Of a DNA stretch of 35,423 bases, positions 1 through 10,378 are shown piece by piece; position 1 is the stretch's first letter, and every line of letters begins with the position of its first letter. The stretch is taken from the sequence record SRR2962707_659; one strand, written 5' to 3'. A program made the translations under genes and the position numbers. The notes beneath the pieces were generated by a model that saw nothing but the letters and a program-made list of their open reading frames with translations, ran no database searches and had not been told where the DNA came from.

Positions 1-447
1 AATGTCGGCGAGCGGCTGATGGCGGTGGGCAACCGGCATTACGGCAACATCCGCAACACCGCGATCGAGTGGCTTTCCCGTGTCGAGATCGACGAGGACC
101 GGGTTGACGATCAGCCGCGCACCTTCTCCGGCGGCATGCGCCAGCGGCTGCAGATCGCGCGCAATCTGGTGACCGAACCGCGGCTGGTGTTCATGGATGA
201 GCCGACGGGCGGACTGGACGTCTCGGTACAGGCGCGGCTGCTCGATCTGTTGCGCGGGCTGGTCTCCGATCTCGGACTGGCGGTGGTGGTGGTCACCCAT
301 GATCTTGCGGTGGCGCGATTGCTGTCGGACCGGATGATCGTGATGAAAGAAGGCAGGGTGATCGAGGCTGGTCTGACCGACCGGGTGCTTGATGATCCGC
401 GTGCGCCGTACACCCAGCTTCTTGTCTCCTCGATCTTGCAGGCCTGA
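1..447 (+). CDS. phnK: C-P lyase ABC-type ATPase PhnK (5' truncated by window edge)
   Basis: Frame open from base 1 (NVGERLMAVGNRHYG...); FSGGMRQRLQIARNLV signature, MDEPTGGLDVSVQARLLD Walker B, ends YTQLLVSSILQA; directly upstream of phnL. Confidence 0.95.
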   Translation, partial: NVGERLMAVGNRHYGNIRNTAIEWLSRVEIDEDRVDDQPRTFSGGMRQRLQIARNLVTEPRLVFMDEPTGGLDVSVQARLLDLLRGLVSDLGLAVVVVTHDLAVARLLSDRMIVMKEGRVIEAGLTDRVLDDPRAPYTQLLVSSILQA

Positions 448-450
448 CCC

Positions 451-1154
451 ATGAAAACACTTCTCGTAGCCTCGGAAGTTCAAAAAACCTTCGTCATGCA
501 TATGCGTGGCGGCGTCGAATTGCCGGTCGTCACCAATGTCTCGTTCTCGTTGAAAGCCGGATCCTGCGCGGTGCTCGGTGGCCCGTCAGGTGTCGGTAAA
601 AGCTCGATCCTGAAAATGCTGTATGGCAATTACGGCTGCGACAGCGGTCAGATTCTGGTCAGCCATCACGGCCGCCACATCGATGTCGCCAGCGCCGATC
701 CGCGCATGGTGCTGGAGATCCGGCGGGACACGATCGGCTATGTCAGCCAGTTTTTGCGCGCGGTCCCGCGGGTGTCGGCACTCGATGTCGCTGCCGAACC
801 GCTGATGATCCGGGGTGTGGCGCAGGACATCGCCCATCAGCGGGCGCGGGATTTGTTTGCCGAACTCAATCTGCCGGAAAAACTCTGGTCGCTGCCTCCG
901 GCGACATTTTCGGGCGGCGAGCAGCAGCGGGTCAATATCGCCCGTGGCTTCATTACCGATCACCCGATCCTGTTGCTCGATGAGCCGACAGCATCGCTGG
1001 ATGCAGCCAACCGCGAAGTCGTCATCGATCTGATCGCCCGCAAGAAGGCCAATGGCGCGGCCCTGCTCGGGATCTTCCATGACCATGATGTGCGCAACGC
1101 AGTGGCCGATCACATCATCGATGTGTCCGCCTTTGCTACAGGAAAGTCGGCGGC

Positions 1155-1158
<4 letters not shown>
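451..1158 (+). CDS. phnL: C-P lyase subunit PhnL (alpha-D-ribose 1-methylphosphonate 5-triphosphate synthase subunit)
   Basis: Walker A GPSGVGKS, IGYVSQFLRAVPRV, LPPATFSGGEQQRVNIARGF, LLDEPTASLD, GIFHD. Confidence 0.95.
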
Positions 1159-2665
<1,507 letters not shown>

Positions 2666-2753
2666 CGCATAGGGCCACGGCCGAGACGGGAGCGCAAGCC
2701 GGAAAACCGCGCAAATTCTCTGGTGCTTGTTCATTTGGATCCGGGGCTGTGGA

Positions 2754-2793
2754 TCGTAACAAATCTGACATCAAACCGACATCGGCCTTTCAC
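2754..2793 (+). promoter_or_regulatory. Tandem PhoB-binding (Pho) boxes upstream of phnC
   Basis: Four 7-mers at exact 11-bp period: TCGTAAC-aaat-CTGACAT-caaa-CCGACAT-cggc-CTTTCAC (consensus CTGTCAT-N4); about 65 nt upstream of the phnC ATG. Confidence 0.8.
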
Positions 2794-2857
2794 ATGGCTG
2801 GGCTAGTCCAATCCTCGAAAAACAAAAGAACTCACAGTGATCTTAGGGGACTGGACT

Positions 2858-3739
2858 ATGCTCGAACTGAAAGACGTGACCCGCCGATTTGGCGTGAACA
2901 CCGCAGTTGATGCTGTCACCTTGTCAATTCCCGAAGGGCAGATGGTCGGGGTGATCGGGCGTTCGGGAGCTGGCAAGTCAACTCTGCTGCGCATGATCAA
3001 CCGCCTGACGCCGACAAGCAGTGGCGAGATCCGGTTCAAGGGCAAGACCGTGTCGGGACTGCGCGGCAACGAGCTGCGCAACTGGCATCGCGATTGCGCA
3101 ATGATCTTTCAACAATTCAATCTGGTGCCGCGGCTAGATGTGCTGACCAATGTGCTGCTCGGCCGCCTCAATCACCGCTCCACGGTGCTCAACATTCTCA
3201 ACATCTTTACCGTCGAGGAGCGCGCCAGCGCGCTTGCTGCACTGGAGCGTCTCGGTATCGCGCAGACAGCGTTGCAGATGGCTGGCACCTTGTCTGGTGG
3301 CCAGCAGCAGCGCGTCGCCATTGCGCGGGCACTGATGCAGTCGCCATCGATGGTTTTGGCCGATGAGCCGATCGCCTCACTCGATCCCCTCAATGCGCAG
3401 ATCGTGATGGATGCGCTTCGCGATATCAATCAGCGTGAAGGCATCACCGTGGTCACCAATCTGCACACGCTTGATACAGCGCGTGCCTATTGCGAGCGGG
3501 TGATCGGCATGGCCGGCGGCAAGGTGGTGTTCGACGGCTCGCCTGACGAACTGACCACCGATGCGGTGCGGATGATCTACGGCGCGTCGGGTGACGGCAC
3601 CGAGATTTCCGAAAGCATTACCTCGACTTCGATTTCAGCCGAACGCCCCGTCGTTCCGGCGAAACCCAAATCCAACGGTCAGCTGCAACCTGCGCTCAGC
3701 GTCAAGCCTGCAGCCGCCGAGATCGCCTTGCCCGCGTAA
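2858..3739 (+). CDS. phnC: Phosphonate ABC transporter ATP-binding protein
   Basis: [56 protein letters not shown] 2858 after a GGGGA/GGA RBS-like sequence. Confidence 0.95.
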   Translation: MLELKDVTRRFGVNTAVDAVTLSIPEGQMVGVIGRSGAGKSTLLRMINRLTPTSSGEIRFKGKTVSGLRGNELRNWHRDCAMIFQQFNLVPRLDVLTNVLLGRLNHRSTVLNILNIFTVEERASALAALERLGIAQTALQMAGTLSGGQQQRVAIARALMQSPSMVLADEPIASLDPLNAQIVMDALRDINQREGITVVTNLHTLDTARAYCERVIGMAGGKVVFDGSPDELTTDAVRMIYGASGDGTEISESITSTSISAERPVVPAKPKSNGQLQPALSVKPAAAEIALPA

Positions 3740-3795
3740 TGGGCCCAACCCACGGAATTGCCGGCATGCCGCCGGTTCGAACCAGGAGCAGACAA

Positions 3796-4707
3796 ATGTT
3801 CAAGAAAGCCCTTCTCGCCGCGGCGTCGTTCGCTGCCATCATCGCTGTCCAGCCTGCAGGCGCAGAAGACCTCAAGGACTTCCGTATCGGCATCCTTGGA
3901 GGTGAAAACGAAGCCGACCGTCTGCGCAGCTTCCAGTGCATGGTCGACACGCTTCCCGCCGTTCTCGGCGTTGAAAAGGTTTCGCTGTTCCCGGCAGCCG
4001 ACTATGACGGCGTCATCCAGGGCCTGCTTGGCGGTACGCTTGATTATGCCGAACTCGGCGCATCGGGCTACGCCAAGGTCTATCTTGATGACCCGAAGGC
4101 TGTCGAGCCGATCCTGACCACCATCCAGACAGACGGCGCCACCGGTTACTATTCCGTCATGGTTGCGCGCAAGGATTCGGGCATCACCAAGCTCGAAGAC
4201 CTCAAGGGCAAGAAGCTGGGCTTTGCCGATCCGGATTCCACCTCCGGCTTCCTGGTTCCTTCGGTGACGCTGCCTGCCGCCATCGGCATGCCGATTGCCG
4301 AGTATTTCTCCGAGACCGGCTTCGGCGGCGGTCACGAAAACCTGGTCCTGGAAGTCGTCAAGGGCAACTTTGATGCGGGCACGACCTGGGCTTCGGGCGT
4401 TGGCGAGTTCAAGGACGGCTACACATCGGGCAACCTGAAGAAGATGGTCGACAAGGGCATCGTCGACATGGGTGATCTTGTTCAGGTCTGGCAGTCGCCG
4501 CTGATCCCGAACGGCCCGATTGTTGTCCGCTCGACCATGGACACCGACATGAAGGCCAAGTTCAAGGACTTCATGATGACCCTGCCCGAGAGCGATCCGG
4601 AGTGCTTCGCCTCCATCCAGGGTGGCGATTACAAGGGTTACACCGAAGTTGATCCGTCGTTCTACCAGGCGATCATCGACGCTCGCAAAGCCAAGATCGG
4701 CTCGTAA
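3796..4707 (+). CDS. phnD: Phosphonate ABC transporter substrate-binding protein
   Basis: Sec signal peptide (MFKKALLAAASFAAIIAVQPAGA), FADPDSTSGFLVP, GGGHEN, SPLIPNGP; AGGAG RBS before ATG 3796. Confidence 0.95.
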   Translation: MFKKALLAAASFAAIIAVQPAGAEDLKDFRIGILGGENEADRLRSFQCMVDTLPAVLGVEKVSLFPAADYDGVIQGLLGGTLDYAELGASGYAKVYLDDPKAVEPILTTIQTDGATGYYSVMVARKDSGITKLEDLKGKKLGFADPDSTSGFLVPSVTLPAAIGMPIAEYFSETGFGGGHENLVLEVVKGNFDAGTTWASGVGEFKDGYTSGNLKKMVDKGIVDMGDLVQVWQSPLIPNGPIVVRSTMDTDMKAKFKDFMMTLPESDPECFASIQGGDYKGYTEVDPSFYQAIIDARKAKIGS

Positions 4708-4726
4708 GTTTCAATTCGACCAGTTG

Positions 4727-4760
4727 ACCACGGCTCCTTTTGCAAGGGGCCGTGGTTTTC
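4727..4760 (+). terminator. Stem-loop after phnD (partial terminator or mRNA-stabilising hairpin)
   Basis: ACCACGGCTCCTT-ttgc-AAGGGGCCGTGGT (13 bp with one G-U) followed by TTTC. Confidence 0.6.
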
Positions 4761-4782
4761 CCTGTCTTCGCAGGAAGCCATC

Positions 4783-5748
4783 ATGACAAAGCCCCCACAT
4801 TCATCACTGGTCTTCGAGACCGAGCAGCACTGGCAGGCACTCGCCCGCCAACGTCGCATCTACACCGGGTTGGGGCTTGTGCTTCTCTTGCTGGCGCTGA
4901 CCGGTTCGTTGTGGTTTGCCAACGAAACCAATGCCGGAAAGTTCTGGGACCGGCTGCCGCATTTTTTCGATTTCTTCGGGGATATGATCCCGCGCGACGG
5001 TTGGGAGATCTGGCGGGCGCTGTTTGATCTGGAAAGCCCCTATGCCGACGGATCCCTGAAATATGATTATCCCGTCGGCCGGATCTGGCTGACGGACAAC
5101 CTCTACATGCCCGAATATGTGTTCAAGATGATCGAGACCATCAACATCGCGATCGTCTCGACATTGATCGGCTTTTTCTTCGGTTTCCTGCTGTGCTTCC
5201 TGGCGGCGTCCAATTTGACCACAAGGGGCTGGTTGCGCAGTTTCGTGCGGCGCTTTCTGGAAATTCTGCGCGCCTTCCCGGAAATCGTCATTGCCGGTTT
5301 CTTTGCCGCGATCCTGTCGCTCGGGCCGGTACCAGCGATCATCGCCGTGGCCATTCATACCATCGGTTCACTTGGCAAGATGTTTTTCGAAGTGGTCGAG
5401 AACGCCGATATGAAGTCCGATGAAGGCTTGCGCGCGGTTGGCGGCAATTGGGTCGAGCGGGTGCGTTTCGGCATGGTTCCGCAGGTTTTGCCAAATTTTT
5501 TGAGCTACACCCTGATGCGGCTTGAAATCAATGTCCGGGCCTCGACCATTATTGGCGCGGTTGGCGGTGGCGGCATTGGGGAAGCGCTGCGCTTGTCGAT
5601 CAGTCGTGGCCACGAGGCAAAAACCATCGCTATCATCCTGTTGCTTTTGTCGACGGTGATTGCGGTCGACCAGTTTTCCGCATGGCTGCGCAAGCGTGTG
5701 GTTGGCGAGCAGGCATTCGCCAGTGCTCGCGGAGGAGCCTTGTCATGA
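4783..5748 (+). CDS. phnE: Phosphonate ABC transporter permease
   Basis: Multi-TM protein; RAFPEIVIA, GSLGKMFFEVVE, LEINVRASTIIGAVGGGGIG. Confidence 0.93.
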   Translation: MTKPPHSSLVFETEQHWQALARQRRIYTGLGLVLLLLALTGSLWFANETNAGKFWDRLPHFFDFFGDMIPRDGWEIWRALFDLESPYADGSLKYDYPVGRIWLTDNLYMPEYVFKMIETINIAIVSTLIGFFFGFLLCFLAASNLTTRGWLRSFVRRFLEILRAFPEIVIAGFFAAILSLGPVPAIIAVAIHTIGSLGKMFFEVVENADMKSDEGLRAVGGNWVERVRFGMVPQVLPNFLSYTLMRLEINVRASTIIGAVGGGGIGEALRLSISRGHEAKTIAIILLLLSTVIAVDQFSAWLRKRVVGEQAFASARGGALS

Positions 5749-7289
5749 CCGCGATGACCGCAAACCAGCTGGACGATCTTGTCGGACGCTATCCCGATGT
5801 CTTCAACCGGTCGTTCCTGAGCCGCTACAGCAAATTGCTGATCGTCGCAGCGGTGGGGATCTATCTGGTTTTCGCCTGGAACCTGTTTGCCGTAGGACAG
5901 GTGTTTCAGCGCGGCAGCTGGGATATCGCCGGCAGCTATCTGGCCGACTGGATTTCTTACGAAGTCCGTCCCGATATCGTCTATCACGACGGATATCTTG
6001 AAGTTGAGTTTCCAAAATACTCGCCGCTCGGTTCCGACCCCAAGCCGGACTGGCTGGTGACCGAAAACGCCGAAGTAACGGTCGTGACCAAAGCGACGAC
6101 CGCGGCGCCCGTTGCAACGCCGCCAGCGGCTACGGGCTTTCTGGTACCAGGCGCGAAGGGAACTTCGACCGGCTTCATGGCGCCGGGTGCGGCAACTGGG
6201 GGGGCTACGGCAGATGCCGGGCAACCGGCTGTCGAGACGCCGGCATCATCGGAGCGTAAAGTGCTGCCGGTTCGCTCCGAGGTTTCCATGGGCTCTGCGG
6301 GGTCAGTACTGGTGGAACCTTATCGGGTGACGCTGGAACGCGGTAACCACACGGTTCTGGTCAAAATCGGATCCGACGGCATCGTCCGCGCCGAGGGGAC
6401 GTTGCCGGACTGGATTGACGTGCGCCGGGGCGGCGAGAAGATCATTGCCAGTTTCGGGTTTGCCGGCCGGGTCGAGATCGAAGACGACGAGGTGAAAATC
6501 CGGCAACGTTTTCTCGGCTGGGAGAATTTTGTTTTCGATACGTCCTCGCCGTTCTGGAACCGTGGCTTTGGCGATGTGATGGCAACCATCCTGTGGGGCG
6601 AGCGGATCAAGCCGGCTCAGTCGAACCTGTCGCTGGCCGTGGACAATTTCGTCAACAATGCCGAATGGCAGCATGGTGATGTCTTTATCAAGCTGGGCCA
6701 GACCATCGTCATGGCTTTTGTCGGGACGCTTTTTGCCACGGCCATCGCCTTTCCGCTGTCGTTCATGGCGGCGCGCAATATCACACCGAGCTTTCTGACC
6801 AACCAGGTCACCAAGCGGCTGTTCGATTTCCTGCGCTCGGTCGACATGCTGATCTGGGCTCTGTTCTTCACCCGGGCGTTTGGCCCCGGGCCGCTTGCCG
6901 GTATTTCCGCCATTTTCTTCACCGATACGGGAACGCTTGGAAAACTCTATTCCGAAGCGCTGGAGAATATCGACGAGAAACAGCGCGAGGGTGTACGCTC
7001 GCTGGGGGCAAACCCGGTACTGGTGCAGCGATTTGGCGTCGTGCCGCAGGTTTTGCCGGTGTTCGTCAGTCAGTCGCTGTATTTTTGGGAATCGAACACC
7101 CGCTCGGCAACTATCATCGGTGCTGTGGGCGCCGGTGGCATCGGCCTCAAATTGTGGGAGGCAATGCGCACCAATGCGGATTGGGAAAATGTCGCCTATA
7201 TGGTGCTGTTGATCCTGTTCGTGGTTTATGTATTTGACACGATTTCCTCGCGCTTGCGCGGTGTGCTGATCGGCAGGGGGCAGGTGTGA
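5745..7289 (+). CDS. phnE: Second phosphonate ABC permease (PhnE-type, long periplasmic N-terminal region)
   Basis: C-terminal PhnE domain (RSVDMLIWAL, GTLGKLYSEALE, WESNTRSATIIGAVGAGGIG); ATGA overlap with preceding stop, GGAGGAG RBS. Confidence 0.9.
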   Translation: MTAMTANQLDDLVGRYPDVFNRSFLSRYSKLLIVAAVGIYLVFAWNLFAVGQVFQRGSWDIAGSYLADWISYEVRPDIVYHDGYLEVEFPKYSPLGSDPKPDWLVTENAEVTVVTKATTAAPVATPPAATGFLVPGAKGTSTGFMAPGAATGGATADAGQPAVETPASSERKVLPVRSEVSMGSAGSVLVEPYRVTLERGNHTVLVKIGSDGIVRAEGTLPDWIDVRRGGEKIIASFGFAGRVEIEDDEVKIRQRFLGWENFVFDTSSPFWNRGFGDVMATILWGERIKPAQSNLSLAVDNFVNNAEWQHGDVFIKLGQTIVMAFVGTLFATAIAFPLSFMAARNITPSFLTNQVTKRLFDFLRSVDMLIWALFFTRAFGPGPLAGISAIFFTDTGTLGKLYSEALENIDEKQREGVRSLGANPVLVQRFGVVPQVLPVFVSQSLYFWESNTRSATIIGAVGAGGIGLKLWEAMRTNADWENVAYMVLLILFVVYVFDTISSRLRGVLIGRGQV

Positions 7290-7999
7290 TGCGGTACGCG
7301 TTCTATTTCAGTCCTGATGCGGGCGATACGCTTCATGAGCTTGGTACGACGTGGCTGGGCAGGGATGCTGCTGGCGGCGATGTGATTGAGCATCCTGATC
7401 TGGAGGGATTGGGCGCAAGCGAGCTCGCGTCGATTACAGGTCCGGCGCGACGCTACGGTTTTCACGCGACGCTGAAGGCGCCGTTTCAGCTGGCTGAGGG
7501 AAACAGCGAAGCGGATCTGATCGAAGCCATGGAATCCTTTGCCGATCAGGCTGAAGCCTTCGAGATCCCGTCGCTGGTTGTTGGCAAGCTCGAGGGATTT
7601 CTGGCGCTTGTGCCTGGAAGCCCTTGCGCTGAGCTGAATGCGTTTGCGAACTCTGTTGTTGAGGCCTTCGAACCGCTTCGCGCACCGCTTTCGGAAAAGG
7701 GCATTGAACGCCGTAATCCGGAATCGCTGTCTTCGGCCGAGCTGAGGAACCTGATGCGCTGGGGCTATCCTTACGTCTTCGACCAGTTCCGCTTTCACAT
7801 GACACTGACGACACGGCTTTCCGAGCCTGACATCACGCGCATCGCCAATGCCGCAAGCACTCATTTCGCGCCGGCTCTGGCCGGGCCGATCATGGTCCGG
7901 GCGCTCACGCTTTTTGTCGAGCCTGAACCCGGCGCTCCATTTGAAATTCACAGCCGGACGGGTTTGCGTTCGGCCAGCATGGAAAGACTGTCTGAATGA
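7289..7999 (+). CDS. DUF1045 2H-phosphoesterase family phosphonate metabolism protein
   Basis: MRYAFYFSP start, two HxT motifs (YGFHATLKAPF, FRFHMTLT), RWGYPYV; TGATG overlap with phnE stop (GTG at 7286 is an alternative start). Confidence 0.9.
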   Translation: MRYAFYFSPDAGDTLHELGTTWLGRDAAGGDVIEHPDLEGLGASELASITGPARRYGFHATLKAPFQLAEGNSEADLIEAMESFADQAEAFEIPSLVVGKLEGFLALVPGSPCAELNAFANSVVEAFEPLRAPLSEKGIERRNPESLSSAELRNLMRWGYPYVFDQFRFHMTLTTRLSEPDITRIANAASTHFAPALAGPIMVRALTLFVEPEPGAPFEIHSRTGLRSASMERLSE

Positions 8000-9135
8000 C
8001 CACCGAGACCATATTGACCAATGCCCGGCTTGTGCTTGAAGACCGGATTGTTTCCGGAAGCCTTGTCGTCAAGGACGGTTTGATATCCGAGATCTCGGAA
8101 GGAAACTCGGCCAACGGCGTGGATATGGACGGGGATTACATCATCCCCGGCCTGGTGGAGCTTCATACAGATCATCTTGAATCGCATTATTCGCCACGCC
8201 CCGGCGTGCGCTGGAATGCGATTTCGGCCATTCAGTCACATGATGCGCAAATTGCCTCTTCCGGCATTACGACGGTATTTGATTGCCTGCGGCTAGGATC
8301 TGACGCTGATGACGGGTTCGTGGTGGGTGAAATGCGCGCGATTGCCGATGCGCTGGCTGAAGCGAGGTCTGAAAACCGCTTGCGCGCAGATCACCTCATT
8401 CATTTGCGATGCGAAGTCTCGGCGGCGGATGTGCTTGAGCACTTCGCCGATTTTCAGACCGATGGGCAGGTCCGTCTGGCCTCGCTGATGGATCACGCGC
8501 CGGGTCAGCGCCAGTTCCAGACCATGGAACAATACACCCTCTATTATAAAACCAAGCGTGGGTTGTCAGATGAGGCTTTTGCCCATTTCGTGGCCCGGCG
8601 GCAGGAGTCGTCGGCTCGCTATTCTGATGAGCATCGCAGATTTCTTGCCAGCGCGTGCGCAGAGCGGGGCATCACGATTGCCAGTCATGATGATGCGACG
8701 CTTGATCATGTCGAGGAAGCTGCAGGTTTCGGCGTCAAGCTAGCCGAGTTCCCGACAAGCATCGAGGCGGCGCAGGCGTCCCACAAGGCCGGCATGAGTG
8801 TATTGATGGGGGCACCCAACGTGGTGCGGGGCGGATCTCATTCGGGCAATATTGCTGCAACCGATCTGGCCCGGGCGGGTGTTCTGGATGTCTTGTCGTC
8901 AGACTATATTCCGTTCAGCCTGATTCACGCACCGTTCGTCTTGGCCGACCAGATTGATCATCTTGATTTGCCGGCGGCCATCCGGCTGGTGACGGCAACG
9001 CCTGCGAAAACGGTTGGTCTTGATGACCGCGGCAGCCTGAGCTCGGGAAAACGTGCGGATCTTGTTCGTGTCCGCCGGCAGAGCGGCGTTCCGGTGGTGC
9101 GTTCGGTCTGGCGGCAGGGGGAACGGGTCGCCTGA
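7996..9135 (+). CDS. phnM: Alpha-D-ribose 1-methylphosphonate 5-triphosphate diphosphatase
   Basis: Amidohydrolase PGLVELHTDHLE, SLMDHAPGQRQF, ASHDD, AEFPT, MGAPNVVRGGSHSGN, LSSDY. Confidence 0.96.
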   Translation: MTTETILTNARLVLEDRIVSGSLVVKDGLISEISEGNSANGVDMDGDYIIPGLVELHTDHLESHYSPRPGVRWNAISAIQSHDAQIASSGITTVFDCLRLGSDADDGFVVGEMRAIADALAEARSENRLRADHLIHLRCEVSAADVLEHFADFQTDGQVRLASLMDHAPGQRQFQTMEQYTLYYKTKRGLSDEAFAHFVARRQESSARYSDEHRRFLASACAERGITIASHDDATLDHVEEAAGFGVKLAEFPTSIEAAQASHKAGMSVLMGAPNVVRGGSHSGNIAATDLARAGVLDVLSSDYIPFSLIHAPFVLADQIDHLDLPAAIRLVTATPAKTVGLDDRGSLSSGKRADLVRVRRQSGVPVVRSVWRQGERVA

Positions 9136-9731
9136 TGCCGGTTTCAAAGACCATCACAAGCGCGGCGACCGGCCCGCTTATCGTCGTGCTTGGGCCGAGC
9201 GGGTCGGGCAAGGACACGTTGATGTCCTATGCCCGCAATGCACTTGCCGACACGGCGGACGTGCTGTTTGTCCGGCGGGCGATCACCCGGCCTGCAGATG
9301 CGGGAAGTGAAGACCATGTCGCCATGAGCGATGCCGAGTTTGATGCGGCTATCGATGAGGGACAGTTTTCGCTGACGTGGGCTGCAAACGGATTGCGTTA
9401 TGGCCTGCCGCGCGCCATCGGGCCGCATTTGGCAGAAGGCAGGCTCGCAGTCGTCAATGGATCGAGGGGAGCCTGGAGCATCATCCAGCAGGTGTTTCCG
9501 AGTGCGGTTGCGGTGGAAATCAGGGTGGACCCTGACATTCTGGCCGAGCGGCTTGAGGCGAGGGGGCGCGAGAGCGCTTCGGAGATCGAGGCCAGGTTGG
9601 CACGGGCTTCAGCTCTGAAGTCCCGGTTCGATGCAGATGTGATCATCGACAATTCGGGTGAGGTGCAGGCTGCGGGGGCCGCATTGGTCGCCTACATGAC
9701 AAGGGCGATGTGTGCTTCAAAGGGTGCCTGA
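9135..9731 (+). CDS. phnN: Ribose 1,5-bisphosphokinase
   Basis: GPSGSGKDTL P-loop, RRAITR, WAANGLRYG, NGSR, RGRES motifs. Confidence 0.93.
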   Translation: MPVSKTITSAATGPLIVVLGPSGSGKDTLMSYARNALADTADVLFVRRAITRPADAGSEDHVAMSDAEFDAAIDEGQFSLTWAANGLRYGLPRAIGPHLAEGRLAVVNGSRGAWSIIQQVFPSAVAVEIRVDPDILAERLEARGRESASEIEARLARASALKSRFDADVIIDNSGEVQAAGAALVAYMTRAMCASKGA

Positions 9732-9760
9732 CCGGCAGTCGTGAGGTTTTCGTGCCTATA

Positions 9761-9778
9761 GGCCGGGAAAAACCGGCC
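9761..9778. terminator. Short hairpin between convergent phnN and hypothetical gene
   Basis: GGCCGG-gaaaaa-CCGGCC; no clear U-tract. Confidence 0.3.
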
Positions 9779-9806
9779 CGTGTTCGGTCTTGGCGAGCCG
9801 AATGGC

Positions 9807-10061
9807 TCAATCCTCGTCCTCTTCGGCATCAGGCCCGCCATCAAGACGATGTTTTATGGCAAGGGCATAAATCACATTGAGAACGTTGCGGTCCTGGACG
9901 TTGGGATCGCTGAGCGCCAGCAGTGCGGCGCGGACCAGCCGCTTGCTGGTGGCCTTGGGGCAATTCTTGAAGACATAGTCGTGCAATTCGATGTCAGACA
10001 ATCCCTGATAGGCGCCCTCGATGAGTGCATCATACACTTTGCGGATTTTCTTCTTCGGCAT
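9807..10061 (-). CDS. Small hypothetical protein (84 aa, predicted helical)
   Basis: Strong GGAGG RBS before ATG; protein-like sequence with acidic tail; resembles a small conserved rhizobial protein (from memory). Confidence 0.75.
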   Translation of the reverse strand: MPKKKIRKVYDALIEGAYQGLSDIELHDYVFKNCPKATSKRLVRAALLALSDPNVQDRNVLNVIYALAIKHRLDGGPDAEEDED

Positions 10062-10378
10062 TTGGCCTCCTGCTGTGCTCGCCGGTTTTGGAAATGTCTA
10101 CTGATCCCTAGAGATTGCCATTGTCACAAACAACCTTCCCGGCGTTGCCGATCTCATATGGATCAGACGAGATGTCGTGGTGTGCGAGATTGTGAGGAGA
10201 ATTATTCAGATTTCGTACATTTATGTCAGTTTTGACCCCCTAAGAATTAAGGGTAATTAAACTTGTTCAGGACAGTTTGTAGCAAGGAAATTCTAGGCCA
10301 AGCGACAGATATGAAGTCTGCCCATCCGCAATGATTGCAAACCTGGAAGTTGGCTTATGCACTTGTTGAGGGGGTTAC

